DNA of 63,480 bases, the filler included. It is 5 parts of 5 records of this genome, joined end to end, with 100 filler letters (N's around TTAATTAATTAA, not from the genome) between each part and the next. Parts side by side here need not be neighbours in the genome. Positions count along the whole stretch, not along the records: positions 1 to 24,815 come from SRR20825010_4259; positions 24,916 to 46,382 come from SRR20825010_4261; 3 more parts are not named here. One strand, given 5' to 3'. Made by a program: the position numbers and the translations under genes. Positions 13,958 through 24,916 of the stretch are shown piece after piece (position 1 is the first letter of the stretch; each line of letters starts with the position of its first letter). The notes beneath the pieces are model-generated. The model did not search any database, was not told where the DNA came from, and saw only the letters and a program-made list of their open reading frames with translations.

Positions 13958-15553
13958 TCAGTCCAGTTGTTCAACGCGGCACGGATAAAACGGCCGCGAA
14001 TTTTCGACCAACTCCAACATGGTTTGGTCGTTCTGAACTCCGGTCCCCGGAATGTTTTCGTTGCTGATCGCTTTTCGATACGCGTTCAGCAATTGCTGCT
14101 TCTGGTTTTTCGGTCCGAAGTTCGCGGCAACAATGTTTCGGTTGTAGTCGATTATTTCGGGACGGGCGTCGGTCACCAATGCATCGCACAGTGCCGCATT
14201 CCGATCGCGAACTTCCTTTGCAAATCCGGAGTCGGTGTTGAAACGCACGAGCACTTCGATCTGCATCGCTGGTGTTAGTCGAGCGAAGTCGATCCACTCA
14301 TTCGCATCGCTGATTGATTGGTCCGACGCGGAAGGCGATTGTGCGGTTTCAACGTCTCGGCGAACATCTTTCCAAGCGTTCGTCTTCGCATTCTGGAACT
14401 GGCGATTCGCCTCGGTGAGCCATGAGTGCGATCCGGGAATTTGGACCGCATCGTAGAGGTGCTCCAAACGCATTCCGTGGTTGATGAAGTCACCGGTCAC
14501 GCCCGGTAAATTTCTTGCAACAACGCTTCGAGACGCCAGCCATGGTTCGAGAAAGACCATCCCGAACCCTTCCGCCACACTGGATGACACGACAACGCTC
14601 GCGGCCGACAAATTGTCGACGAACTGAATGTCCTCATGGTGTGCGGCATTAAAAACGACGTTCTCGACGCACCGCTCAGCGACAGCTTGCCATCTCTCGT
14701 AAGACTTCTTTTCCATCGGAGTGTCTGGCATCAATGTCATTGCACCGATCGTGGGGCGACCAGCTAGTTGGCACATCAACAAGAATTCGCCAAGGTTTTT
14801 TCGTCGAATGCCGCGGACGGGATACAACATCCAACGAAAGTCGGCGGGCAAATTAAATGCACGCCGAACTTTGTGAGTTGCGACTTCGAATTCAGGCAAC
14901 TCATCAGTTGGGAGACGGACGCTGTTGGGCAAGACATCGACGCGAGAACGATGGATTCCAAATTGCACCAACGTTTCGGCATCACCTGTCGTCAGCGTTG
15001 CGTAGGAAAGCCGGTCCCCAAATGGGTAGAGAATTGCGTCGAGTTCGCTCGCTTGCTCGCAACCATGGGACTGTTTCAGGTACACCCAATTTTGAGGACG
15101 CTGGTCCTCGGCAAAGTCATGGATTTGCAGCAAACATGAGTAGCCCAAATCTGCGAGATGTTTGATCACCAACGGCGATGCCGCGTTCTTGCCGAGACTG
15201 TGGTTGTGCCAGTGGACGACGGTCTCTTGACGAGCCCAACCCGCCTGACGGCATCGTACATCGATTTCTCGCGCGGTGTGCTGGGCTTGTTTATCGTTTT
15301 GGGCTCGCTCATCGTTCTGGGCTTGCTCATCAACATTAAGTGACCTGTCACGAAGTGAATCGTATTCCAGTGACGCAATGCGCCAAATGGAAGCCGACGA
15401 GCGTGTCGTTTCTTGCAACCCCGATTGTCGCGGTCCGCTGACAAGGGCGACCTCGTCAATCTCGTCCGATGCTTGAAGACAGTGAACATGGTTGTCCACC
15501 ACTTGGGTCACGCCGCCTCGTTCGAAATGACAATGCACAATGAGAATTTTCAT
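13958..15553 (-). CDS. Glycosyltransferase, GT4-like (GT-B fold)
   Basis: N-terminal MKILIVHxHFxxGGVxxVV, YPVRGIRRKNLGE, SSVAEGFGMVFLEPW (ExFGxxxxE motif). ORF open to 15592. Confidence 0.85.
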   Translation of the reverse strand: MKILIVHCHFERGGVTQVVDNHVHCLQASDEIDEVALVSGPRQSGLQETTRSSASIWRIASLEYDSLRDRSLNVDEQAQNDERAQNDKQAQHTAREIDVRCRQAGWARQETVVHWHNHSLGKNAASPLVIKHLADLGYSCLLQIHDFAEDQRPQNWVYLKQSHGCEQASELDAILYPFGDRLSYATLTTGDAETLVQFGIHRSRVDVLPNSVRLPTDELPEFEVATHKVRRAFNLPADFRWMLYPVRGIRRKNLGEFLLMCQLAGRPTIGAMTLMPDTPMEKKSYERWQAVAERCVENVVFNAAHHEDIQFVDNLSAASVVVSSSVAEGFGMVFLEPWLASRSVVARNLPGVTGDFINHGMRLEHLYDAVQIPGSHSWLTEANRQFQNAKTNAWKDVRRDVETAQSPSASDQSISDANEWIDFARLTPAMQIEVLVRFNTDSGFAKEVRDRNAALCDALVTDARPEIIDYNRNIVAANFGPKNQKQQLLNAYRKAISNENIPGTGVQNDQTMLELVENSRPFYPCRVEQLD

Positions 15554-15659
15554 CGCGGAATTTTCACTGGTTGTCGGTCTCAAAAGGGGCAAGGCGTTTC
15601 AGTGACGGAGGTCGTGCGGCGTTGCTTCGTCCTTCGACTCGCTTCGCTCACCCTCGCGA

Positions 15660-15831
15660 AGGTCGCGCAGTTTTACTTCACCCTACCGTTGGGATGGTTG
15701 GACCGCTTTAGGCCGGCGAGGGTTACTCGCTGGATTAAATGCCGAGCCCTCCCCTCGCTTCGCTCGAACCTCCCAAGGGGAGGGTGATGATAAAAGCATG
15801 GAAATATAACAGTTCTAAAAACTGCACGGCT
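15660..15831. repeat. Nested inverted-repeat (REP/MITE-like) intergenic element
   Basis: Inner IR TCACCCTACCGTTGGGATGGTT (15678) / GAACCTCCCAAGGGGAGGGTGA (ends 15787); outer IR AGGTCGCGCAGTTTTA / TAAAAACTGCACGGCT; CTCGCTTCGCTC occurs twice (15638, 15754). Confidence 0.6.
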
Positions 15832-15919
15832 TCCTTAGAGAGAGGGTGATGGTTGAGGGGAGTAGCCGCGTGCTTGGTGCGATTTTTTTCACAGGCTGGA
15901 AACCTATGCCACACTGGGG

Positions 15920-17959
15920 TCAGTGGACTCGTTGACCAGGCAGTGCGCCTTCGTCGATTCCAAGCACGAAGACTTCTTCGCCGCCGGGGCCCGCTGCGGT
16001 GACCATGCCTTCGCTCAAACCAAAACGCATCTTTCGTGGTTTGAGGTTAGCGACCATCACGACTAATCGACCGACCAGCTTTTCGGGGTCGTACGCGGCT
16101 TTGATTCCGGCGAAAACTTGACGGGTTTCATCGCCGCCCAAACCCAAGGTCAACTTCAATAGCTTGTTGGCTTCTGGCACATGTTCCGCGGAAAGCACTC
16201 GAGCGACACGCAAGTCGACCTTCATGAAATCGTCGATCGTGATTTCATCGGCGAGTGGTTCATCCTTGAGTGGTTGATCACTGTCGTTGAACGGGTTGGT
16301 GGCAGCGGCATCCGTTTCTTGAGCTGCTTCGTCTTTGCTTTCTTCCATCATCGCTTCGAGATCCTCAGTTTTAACACGGTCCATCATACGTTGAAATTTG
16401 TTGACGCCACGGTCGACCAGTGGCGTTTGGCTTTGTTCCCATGACGTGATCGGTTCTCCGAGCAAGTCACCACATTTTTTTGCCAGTTCGGGAAGGACTG
16501 GGGCCAGGTAAACGGCCAATTGTCGGAACAGATTCAATGCGACCGTGCAAACGTCTCGCAGTTCGTCTTGGCGTTCCGGGGCTTTGTTCATTTCCCATGG
16601 TTTGGCATGTTCGACAAACGGGTTTGCCGCGTCCGCCAATTCCATGATCAATCGCATCGCTTTGGAAAATTCTCCGTCCTCATAAGCGGAGGCAATCTCG
16701 TCACCTTTCGCGGCCGCGGCTTGGAACAGCCCACCATCCTCGGGATACGAAGGTGCCAATCCCGTTCGGCTGGCAAATTTGCCAACACGGCTGGCAAGGT
16801 TGACGACTTTGCCGACCAGGTCAGAGTTCACCTTCTCGACGAACTCATCGACTCCTAGGTCCAAATCCTCCACTCGCGAAGACAACTTGGTGGCGTAGAA
16901 ATATCGCAGTGCGGAGGGATCGATGTGTTTCAGGAACGTTTCAGCTTTCACGAACGTTCCATCGCTCTTGGACATTTTCTTGCCGTTCACATTCAGGAAT
17001 CCATGAATGTGGACCTTGGTAGGCAGTGAGAAGCCGGCGGTCTTGAGCATGCCCGGCCAAAACAGCGTGTGGAAGTAAGTGATGTCCTTGCCGATAAAGT
17101 GATGGACTTCGCAGTCATCGCTTTTCCACCAATCGGCCAAGTCTTCACCGTTGGCGTCGCACCACTGCTGCGTGCTGGCGATGTAGCCAATCGGGGCGTC
17201 GAACCATACGTACCAGTAGTTACCAGGTGCATCGGGAATTTCGAATCCGAAGTATGGAGCAGGTCGACTGATGTCCCAGTCGCGAAGTTCATCGGCCAGG
17301 AAATGACCTTTCAAGTAGTTGGCGGTTTCTGGTTGCAACGCACCCGAGTTTGAAACCCATTCGGAGAGGAAGTCGTGCAGTTTTTCCAATTCCACGAACA
17401 GGTGTTCGGCTTCTTTGATGATCGGTGTGGCACCGCTGAGTGTGCTGACGGGATCGATCAGTTCGGTGGGACTGTAAGTGTGTCCGCAATTGCAGTTGTC
17501 GCCTGCCTGGTTGGGCGTACCGCATTTAGGACATGTGCCACGAACGAAACGATCGGCCAGGAATGTCTCGGCTTCCGGGTCGTAGAGTTGCTCCACACTC
17601 CGCTCGACGACCAGATCCGCGTCTCGAAGTGATTTCCAAATTTGATGGCAAAGCGTCCGGTTTTCTTCGCTGTTGGTGCTGCCGTAGTGGTCGAATTCAA
17701 TTCCAAAGCCCGCGAAATCGCGTTGGTGAGCTTCGCTCGTTTCCTCGATCAATTCAATTTCAGAACGGCCTTCTCCGCGGGCACGGATCATGATCGCGGT
17801 GCCGTGTGTGTCATCGGCACAAATGTACAAACAACGATTGCCTCGCAATTTCTGAAACCGCACCCAAATGTCGGTTTGCAGGTATTCCACCAAGTGGCCG
17901 ATGTGGATCGGGCCGTTGGCGTAGGGCAATGCAGCGGTAACAAGCAGACGACGCGTCAT
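15920..17959 (-). CDS. metG: Methionyl-tRNA synthetase
   Basis: [19 protein letters not shown], zinc knuckle, [21 protein letters not shown]-terminal tRNA-binding OB domain. Confidence 0.98.
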   Translation of the reverse strand: MTRRLLVTAALPYANGPIHIGHLVEYLQTDIWVRFQKLRGNRCLYICADDTHGTAIMIRARGEGRSEIELIEETSEAHQRDFAGFGIEFDHYGSTNSEENRTLCHQIWKSLRDADLVVERSVEQLYDPEAETFLADRFVRGTCPKCGTPNQAGDNCNCGHTYSPTELIDPVSTLSGATPIIKEAEHLFVELEKLHDFLSEWVSNSGALQPETANYLKGHFLADELRDWDISRPAPYFGFEIPDAPGNYWYVWFDAPIGYIASTQQWCDANGEDLADWWKSDDCEVHHFIGKDITYFHTLFWPGMLKTAGFSLPTKVHIHGFLNVNGKKMSKSDGTFVKAETFLKHIDPSALRYFYATKLSSRVEDLDLGVDEFVEKVNSDLVGKVVNLASRVGKFASRTGLAPSYPEDGGLFQAAAAKGDEIASAYEDGEFSKAMRLIMELADAANPFVEHAKPWEMNKAPERQDELRDVCTVALNLFRQLAVYLAPVLPELAKKCGDLLGEPITSWEQSQTPLVDRGVNKFQRMMDRVKTEDLEAMMEESKDEAAQETDAAATNPFNDSDQPLKDEPLADEITIDDFMKVDLRVARVLSAEHVPEANKLLKLTLGLGGDETRQVFAGIKAAYDPEKLVGRLVVMVANLKPRKMRFGLSEGMVTAAGPGGEEVFVLGIDEGALPGQRVH

Positions 17960-18112
17960 GAAAGCAGTTGTCGGTGTGGGGAGCGAGGGCTTCGGCGTTA
18001 CCCACGACCCATTTTCGCGACGCGGGGTTCACCATCCGAGGTCGCGATTGTGACAAACCACCGCTGAATCGAACAGCACCAGCCGCCGAAGTCCATGTTC
18101 GGCGCAATACGA

Positions 18113-18880
18113 CTACAAATTCATCACCGTCTTGACCAGATCGCTGACCGAATAGGGATGAGCCGAGGCGAACGCTTCTCCGGCCCAACATCCCGCTTGT
18201 GACCCGGTGACCAATGCCGCCGCACGCACCCGCTCGGCGATCTTGGGTTTGTGGGCGAATTGACTGTCGTAGGCAGTGATCGAAGCCAGCTTCTGTTCCA
18301 GACAATCGCCGATGTCGACGATCAGATGATGGGACTCGCCCGGCATCACATCCGGTTCAAACGCCAAACGGAAGTACAGCTGGCGAGCGACCGCGTGAAC
18401 GGGCACTCCATCGAAGTGTTCGTCCCAACGACACAATCGGCTGTAAAACACGGCCGCATCGGTGATCTGCATCGCTTGCCAGTGATCCGGTGACGCCATC
18501 GGCGTCTTCTGGCCAAACCCGATCACGATCCGAGGTCGAAACCGTCGGAATTGCCGAGCGAGCGCGATCCTTGGAACAAAACCATCCATCAAGATTCGAT
18601 TGGGTAAGTTCAGTTGAATTCGAGCGTGAACCCCCAGGCACTCGGCGGCTCGGACCGACTCCGCCATTCGAGTCTCGACGTCGGGGCAATGAGGTGTCGG
18701 TTCACCATCGGTCAAATCGATGATGCCGACGCGATAGCCCTGGTGGACCATTTTCGCGAGCGTTCCACCGCAGGCCGACTCAACGTCGTCCGGGTGAGCC
18801 CCGACCGCAATCACATCGAGTGACTGCGTCGGATCGTCGGGAAGAAGGAGATCGCTCGGTGCAGGAATGGCTTCGTTCAT
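18113..18880 (-). CDS. PIG-L/LmbE family deacetylase (BshB1-like)
   Basis: GAHPDDVE metal motif, DLTDGE, R..E, SPDH second motif. Confidence 0.88.
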   Translation of the reverse strand: MNEAIPAPSDLLLPDDPTQSLDVIAVGAHPDDVESACGGTLAKMVHQGYRVGIIDLTDGEPTPHCPDVETRMAESVRAAECLGVHARIQLNLPNRILMDGFVPRIALARQFRRFRPRIVIGFGQKTPMASPDHWQAMQITDAAVFYSRLCRWDEHFDGVPVHAVARQLYFRLAFEPDVMPGESHHLIVDIGDCLEQKLASITAYDSQFAHKPKIAERVRAAALVTGSQAGCWAGEAFASAHPYSVSDLVKTVMNL

Positions 18881-18949
18881 GCAAACCAGCTTAAAGCCGC
18901 GGGCATCGTCGAGACAGGTCCCAACGATGCCCGAATCAGTCAGAGTGAC

Positions 18950-21900
18950 TTAGAACAATTCTCGCACGGCAGCATCCAACTTTGATTCCAAAGAATCGGC
19001 TTCTTCGCCGTCGCGTTTTGATTGCTCATTCGCGATCAAGTCAATCAGATCCACTTCCGCGTTGGTCGATGAGGACCCGACCATTTTCGATGGTCCTGAG
19101 TCAACGGCCTCAGCAGCCAACGATGTGGATGCACCCAAACCGGTCGATGTGCTGAAGTCGCTCGTCAGAACGTCGGTCGGTTCGCCAAATCCGGACTGAC
19201 TTTGAGCGTTGATCTCATTGATCACCCGCAGTGCATCCAGCGAAGAAATGAATCCATCACCACTTTGGTCATAGTAGAACTGTTCGTTCACACCATTGTT
19301 GGTGCCGATGCCGAAGTCAGCATCGGTGACGGGAATGTTCTCACCGCTGGAACTACCGCTGACTTCATTCAATCGGTTGATGATCAACAAGGCGTCCAGT
19401 GCGGTGACTTCGCCGTTTCGGTTGACGTCAGAGAAGCTGACCGGGTTTTGCAGACGACTCATGACCGTGTTCAGGTTCATGCGAGTCGGTGCACTTCGGT
19501 TTCCGTTGATGTCAGCGACCGTGAAGATCAAGAAGTCCGGTCCGACGTAGTCGGTGTCCGGCGTGTACATGATCTTTCCATCGATCACTTCCGCCGTCCC
19601 GTTGGTGGGCTGGGTCGTGATCAAGATCGACGTCAGGTCCAAATCAAACGCTGTGTTGAAACTGTCTGAGATGTCAATCGCCCCGGTTCGTCCAACGGAT
19701 GTTCCCGCGGAGATGTCCGAAGCGGTTGGACGTCCCTGGAGTTCAACCGTAGCTTGAGCACTGGCTTGACCAAGGTCATCGGCGATCGTGTAGGTGAACG
19801 TGTCCACACCCGCAAACAGTGGTCCGGGCAGATACGTCAACACACCATTGTCGTCCGACAGTGTTCCGAACTGAGGTTCGACCACAATTGTCAGTGAAGA
19901 ACGGTCGAGCGTTCCATCGATGTCCGAATCATTGAACAATGGATCTCGCATCTGGTCCAACACGGTGGTGCCAACGGATTCGATGAACACCCGGTCGTCG
20001 ACGGCAACCGGCGCGTCGTTGCGACCTTGAATGGTCAACGTGACATTCGCGGTCACGACGCTGGTTACGCCGCTGTCATCTTGCAATCCGTACTGGAACG
20101 TGTCCGTTGCCGTTTCCCCTGGACGGAGCGACTGAATCGTTTCCGAACCCATCGGCGTGTATGAGATTTCGCCGGTCGTTTGATTGACATTGACGACGGC
20201 ACCCAACGCGGTTGTGGTTTGTAATTCCACAAAGCTAAGGATGTCGCTCAGGTCAGGATCGCTGTCGTTGGCCAGCAGATCCTCAATCGTGAAGAACAGC
20301 ACCGCGTCTTCGGTGGTCGTGAATGAGTCATCGACCGCGACTGGAAGGTCGGGTTGGTCAGTGATCGTGATCGACAAAGTGACGGGCTGGGAACTGCCAG
20401 CGAAAACACCGTTTTCGAAGTCTTGCAATGTCACCGTGACGTCAGTGTTGCCCGCAGCATCAGGAGCCACGCTGAACGTCAGCACTCCGTTTGCGTCGAT
20501 CGACGGTAGCACGGTGAACAAATCTTGATCTTCTGCTGGAACTTGAACCAGGAACGCGACCGTTTGGTTGCCTTCGTTTCCAGGACCGGCGGAGATATCC
20601 GTCGCCCATGGTTGCGAATAAGTTCCACTGTCTTCCAGGACCGTCACCGCGGGACCGGCGGTGAAGGTCGGCAGATCGTTCACATCGGCAATGGTCAGCG
20701 TGAACTGAACCGGTGCACTTTCCCGAACGTCGCCATTGGCCGAGTCGTTAGGACCACTGTCGACGGCCACCAATTCGTAGGTCGCCGAGCCGCTGTTCTC
20801 GTCCGAGGTCGTGAACTGCAGCGAACCATCCGACAAGATCTGCAACCCGGTTGGATTGCCAGTCGATGTGGCGAGCAAGTCCGAATCACCACTAACATAG
20901 GCAAACCGGTATTCGGTGATTGTCTGAGGTGCCGTGGTTCCGGTGCCGTCGAATTCATCTGCCGCTCGCCCGCCAGATCCCGTTCCGGGAGGTCCAACCA
21001 AGACGGTGCCGAGCCAATTCGGAAGGGTAACCGTGCCGGCACTTTCTTCCACGACGATCGGTGCCAATGGCGAAATGATTGGTGCGTCGTTGACCGGAGT
21101 CACCACTAGCGAAATGGTCGCCGATGTCGTTCGCGATGCGTCGCCGTCGCTGACTTCGTAGACGAACTGGTCAGTGCCGACAAAGTTCAACGGTGGCGTG
21201 TAAACGTAGGACGTTGCACCCGCGCCGTTTGGCGATGGGGTCAAAGTGCCGCCCATTGCGGTTTGCAATGGCACGTTGACCGCGGACAGCGTTTGCGAAT
21301 CGTTTTCGTCTGGTAGTCCATCGACTGGCGAATCAGGGCCAGCGATGAAGTTGCCAAGCAGCGAACCGTTGATCACACCGTCGACTGGGATGGCCAAGGT
21401 GTTGTCTTCGCGAGTCGCGATCGTGATTGTGTCGCCCGTTCCATTAGCAGGGATGGGGGCGTCGTTGACGGCAAGAACGTTGATGGTGATTCGTTGAGGC
21501 AATGACTCATTCAAATCGCCACGTCCAAAGTTCGGTCCTTGACCGTTGTCTTGACCATAGATGTCAAACACGAATTCGCCAAACACGCCGGGAGCGGCTT
21601 GGAACGTCAAGTGGCCAGCAGGCACGATCGTTGGAAGCGTCGTGAAAGCTTGAGCCGCTTGGGTTGCTGACACATTGACCGGTTCGATGCGATTGAACGA
21701 TACCGTTTGAGCAGCGGTCAAGCTGAACTCATCATTGGCAGTTGGCGTGGGGCCACCGAAGACGTTGAATGCAAAGTCATTGCGGACGAACATGTTCGCG
21801 TCTTCGCTAACATTGATGACCGTTTGTGCAATGTCGAATACCGGGCGATCATTGACTGGATTCAGAACAAACTGAATGCGGCCAGTGCGTGTCAGAGGTG

Positions 21901-24814
21901 ACGTGTCCAGGATTTGGTCACGAATGTTGAAGTTCGTGCCATCATCAATCACCTGGTAGGTGAACGAGTCGGGCAGGTTGTTCAAAGAGTTGACATTGGT
22001 CGGCGGAGTGTACTCCAGCGAGGCTGGTGTCGAACCATTTTCAGGGACGTATGTCACTGAACCACCAAGAGTCGTCGGCAGCGTCGTGAATGGCACCAAC
22101 GCAACCGTTTGGTTTCCACCCAACGTACCGTCCGATTCGTTTTCGGGGCCGGGGGTGTATATATCCAGCAAACCCGGACGTCCGCCAGTCGCTCGCAGTG
22201 GAATCGAGTACGGCGTGCCGGTGGTTCCGTCGTTGGCCGTGTTGTCTTCTTTCATTGTGACGATCAACGTGCCGTCCGAGGTGATCTCGTAGGCGTTGTC
22301 GATGGATCCAGTTTGGCCTGTTGGTGCAATGTCAGACAAACGAGGTTGATCGTTGACTGGGCGAACGTTGACCGTGACTGTCAATTCCGTCGACTTCGGC
22401 GTGAACGGATCGGTGTCCGATACGCGGTCCGTTGCGGTGATCACAAAAACGCCCGTTCCAACCGCATCTGGCGATGGGTAAACCGTCAACGTTCCGTCGT
22501 CAGAAACTTCAGGGGTGAAGCCAGGACGGAACAAGTCAGGCACGCTTTGGCTGATGTACTGCTTGAACGTGAAGAAGACGTCTTGGCGATCGAATTCATC
22601 CGACGCAGTGGTTTCGGCCGGATCGCGTCGTGTCGCCCAATCGGTGAGGCTTGTCCCACGGTTGTCATCGCGTTCGCGAATGTCGACGACTTCGCGGAAT
22701 TCGACTCGCGGAGCGTCGTTGACCTGGATGGTTCGAATCGTCACACGACGTGATTCCGATCGGTTGTTCGATCCAACACCACCAACGGTCGTGTAATCCG
22801 ATTGCTGGAATCCAGCAACAGGCGGCGCCATCTGACCATTGATGTAGTCAGAACCTGGGATCGAAGTTTCGCCAAAGTCTTCGACGATGTAGTTGAATCG
22901 CTCGAAGTCCAAGAACGGGTCTTCTTGGTTGTAGTCGACGTTTGGTTTGTACTCGCCGCCAATGAATGCGCCCGAGGCGTCAAAGTCGAACCTGACGGTG
23001 CCGGTTGCGAGAGAAATCACCTGTCCATTCAGGTTGTCTCGATCGACGACGGTTGGCGTGCCACTGGAATTCGTGACGGTGAACTGAACGACCCGGAGGT
23101 CTTGTTCGTCCTCGTCAAACTCATTCGTTGTGACGACGCCGTTTGCGAAATCTGCCGTTTGTGCGTCGCTTGGATTGCCTTCCAAGAACGTCTCTGGAGT
23201 CAGATCAAGAACCGCAACGCGATTGGTTGGTTGACCGGTGATTGGGAAGTACTCTTCGACCTCATTGACGGTCAATTCCCGATCGTAAGCGACCGGTTGG
23301 TCATTGACGGGGGTGATGTTGACCGTCAGCGTCCGTGTGATGCTGCGAGGGTCATCTTGCATCGAACCGGAGATGTAGGATTGTCCGTCGTCGGTCATTG
23401 TCAGTGCGAACACTGCGTAGCCGTAGGCATCCGCATTGGGTTGCAACTGCAGCACACCAAAGCGATCCAGGACGGGGTCGCTAGCGAACATGCCTGCCGG
23501 TGATGAGATCACGCTGACACTGTACTGGAGTTCTTGGACCGAACGTTCATCCAGCGCGGTGGCGCGTCCAGGATGGATCGCTTGCGGCAAACCATGCACC
23601 AACGGGTTGTTGCTGCTGATGACTTGCCCACCGTAGATGTCATAGAAGACTGTGTTGAAGGCTCCGCCAGCGTCGTTGATGTCTTCCGCAAAGGTGACGG
23701 TGTCGAACACAGGGAAGTCTGGCACATCGTTGACCGCACGGACGGTCAGCGTCATGTCGCGAGGCTGAGAACGATTGTTCGAACCGACTCCACCGACGGT
23801 GGTGTAATCAATTGACCCGGTGGCATCCGGTTCTGGCCGGTCACTACCAGGAATCGATGTCGGGCCGAAGTCTTCGACGACATACTGGAAGACTTCCGTC
23901 GGCTCGAATGGCAGTTGATCGTTGACATCGACATTGGGGAAGTATTCCCCTTGAACAAACGCACCCGTTGCAGCATCGAACTCGAACAAAATCGTTCCGC
24001 TAAACAGCGAAATTGGAGTTCCGTTCACATAGTTTCCAGCATTGACGGTCAGCGGACTACCGTCGACAAGCGAGACGGTGAACTCGACGACGCGAAGGCC
24101 TTGCTCGTCCTCATCGAATTCTTCGAAGCTGGTGACGTCGTCTGAGAAGTCGCTTGCTTTGGCCAGTTCTGGATTGGCGGTCGTGCCTCCGAGGAAGTCA
24201 GCTGGAGCAAGTGGCAATCGAGCGACTGCACCGGTAGGCAGGTCGTCAGGTGCCGAGAACTCCTCCACTTCAGTCACTTCCAAGTCTCGGTCGAAACTGA
24301 TTGGAGAGTCGTTGACCGGGGTGATGTTGATGGTCAACGTGCGAGTGATGCTGCGAGGTGAACTGATCAATCCTGCGGCAGCGTCGTAGTCGGATCCATC
24401 GTCGGTTGCGGTGACCTCGAAGACCGCCCAACCGTAAACATCGGCTCGCGGGGTCAGGGTCAATACGCCGAAGTCATCCATCGTCGGCAATGTTTCGAAC
24501 ATCCCCGCAGGCGATGAGCTAGCCAGTGACGTAAACGTGTAGGACAGCGATTGAGTCGGGTCGAATCCGAGTCCGTCGCCACGCTCGTCAAACGCAGTGT
24601 CACGACTGACAAAGATCGCTTGCGGACGCATTGGGTCGGCGGGGTCGTAGTTGGCGACCACGTTGCCTGCGAACACATCGTAGAAGACGGTGTTGAACGA
24701 ATCACCTGTGTCGTTGATGTCCTCGGCGAAGGTCACCGTGTCGAACACGGGGAACTCAGGGGCGTCGTTTTTCGCTCGTGTGGTGAGCGTCATCGTGCGA
24801 GGTGTCGAACGATT
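18950..24814 (-). CDS. Giant adhesin-like surface protein, tandem Ig/cadherin-like repeats plus dockerin-like C-terminal domain (5' truncated)
   Basis: >1947 aa open to the contig end; recurring VNDAP/VNDQP linkers, GTDxFxYxVxD strands, duplicated DVNRNGEVTALD / DQSGDGFISSLD Ca-binding motifs. Confidence 0.9.
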   Translation of the reverse strand, partial: NRSTPRTMTLTTRAKNDAPEFPVFDTVTFAEDINDTGDSFNTVFYDVFAGNVVANYDPADPMRPQAIFVSRDTAFDERGDGLGFDPTQSLSYTFTSLASSSPAGMFETLPTMDDFGVLTLTPRADVYGWAVFEVTATDDGSDYDAAAGLISSPRSITRTLTINITPVNDSPISFDRDLEVTEVEEFSAPDDLPTGAVARLPLAPADFLGGTTANPELAKASDFSDDVTSFEEFDEDEQGLRVVEFTVSLVDGSPLTVNAGNYVNGTPISLFSGTILFEFDAATGAFVQGEYFPNVDVNDQLPFEPTEVFQYVVEDFGPTSIPGSDRPEPDATGSIDYTTVGGVGSNNRSQPRDMTLTVRAVNDVPDFPVFDTVTFAEDINDAGGAFNTVFYDIYGGQVISSNNPLVHGLPQAIHPGRATALDERSVQELQYSVSVISSPAGMFASDPVLDRFGVLQLQPNADAYGYAVFALTMTDDGQSYISGSMQDDPRSITRTLTVNITPVNDQPVAYDRELTVNEVEEYFPITGQPTNRVAVLDLTPETFLEGNPSDAQTADFANGVVTTNEFDEDEQDLRVVQFTVTNSSGTPTVVDRDNLNGQVISLATGTVRFDFDASGAFIGGEYKPNVDYNQEDPFLDFERFNYIVEDFGETSIPGSDYINGQMAPPVAGFQQSDYTTVGGVGSNNRSESRRVTIRTIQVNDAPRVEFREVVDIRERDDNRGTSLTDWATRRDPAETTASDEFDRQDVFFTFKQYISQSVPDLFRPGFTPEVSDDGTLTVYPSPDAVGTGVFVITATDRVSDTDPFTPKSTELTVTVNVRPVNDQPRLSDIAPTGQTGSIDNAYEITSDGTLIVTMKEDNTANDGTTGTPYSIPLRATGGRPGLLDIYTPGPENESDGTLGGNQTVALVPFTTLPTTLGGSVTYVPENGSTPASLEYTPPTNVNSLNNLPDSFTYQVIDDGTNFNIRDQILDTSPLTRTGRIQFVLNPVNDRPVFDIAQTVINVSEDANMFVRNDFAFNVFGGPTPTANDEFSLTAAQTVSFNRIEPVNVSATQAAQAFTTLPTIVPAGHLTFQAAPGVFGEFVFDIYGQDNGQGPNFGRGDLNESLPQRITINVLAVNDAPIPANGTGDTITIATREDNTLAIPVDGVINGSLLGNFIAGPDSPVDGLPDENDSQTLSAVNVPLQTAMGGTLTPSPNGAGATSYVYTPPLNFVGTDQFVYEVSDGDASRTTSATISLVVTPVNDAPIISPLAPIVVEESAGTVTLPNWLGTVLVGPPGTGSGGRAADEFDGTGTTAPQTITEYRFAYVSGDSDLLATSTGNPTGLQILSDGSLQFTTSDENSGSATYELVAVDSGPNDSANGDVRESAPVQFTLTIADVNDLPTFTAGPAVTVLEDSGTYSQPWATDISAGPGNEGNQTVAFLVQVPAEDQDLFTVLPSIDANGVLTFSVAPDAAGNTDVTVTLQDFENGVFAGSSQPVTLSITITDQPDLPVAVDDSFTTTEDAVLFFTIEDLLANDSDPDLSDILSFVELQTTTALGAVVNVNQTTGEISYTPMGSETIQSLRPGETATDTFQYGLQDDSGVTSVVTANVTLTIQGRNDAPVAVDDRVFIESVGTTVLDQMRDPLFNDSDIDGTLDRSSLTIVVEPQFGTLSDDNGVLTYLPGPLFAGVDTFTYTIADDLGQASAQATVELQGRPTASDISAGTSVGRTGAIDISDSFNTAFDLDLTSILITTQPTNGTAEVIDGKIMYTPDTDYVGPDFLIFTVADINGNRSAPTRMNLNTVMSRLQNPVSFSDVNRNGEVTALDALLIINRLNEVSGSSSGENIPVTDADFGIGTNNGVNEQFYYDQSGDGFISSLDALRVINEINAQSQSGFGEPTDVLTSDFSTSTGLGASTSLAAEAVDSGPSKMVGSSSTNAEVDLIDLIANEQSKRDGEEADSLESKLDAAVRELF

Positions 24815-24815
24815 G

Positions 24816-24915
24816 NNNNNNNNNNNNNNNNNNNNNNNNNNNNNNNNNNNNNNNNNNNNTTAATTAATTAANNNNNNNNNNNNNNNNNNNNNNNNNNNNN
24901 NNNNNNNNNNNNNNN
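24816..24915. other. Artificial contig linker
   Basis: 44 N + TTAATTAATTAA (stops in all frames) + 44 N; abrupt change in base composition across it. Confidence 0.99.
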
Positions 24916-24916
24916 C

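Noticed and set aside
24860-24871. TTAATTAATTAA as a biological repeat, and ORFs ending in X-runs or LIN
   Set aside because: Part of the artificial linker; ORF ends that cross it are artefacts.
19202-24871. Many short + strand ORFs
   Set aside because: All lie antisense to the giant adhesin gene.
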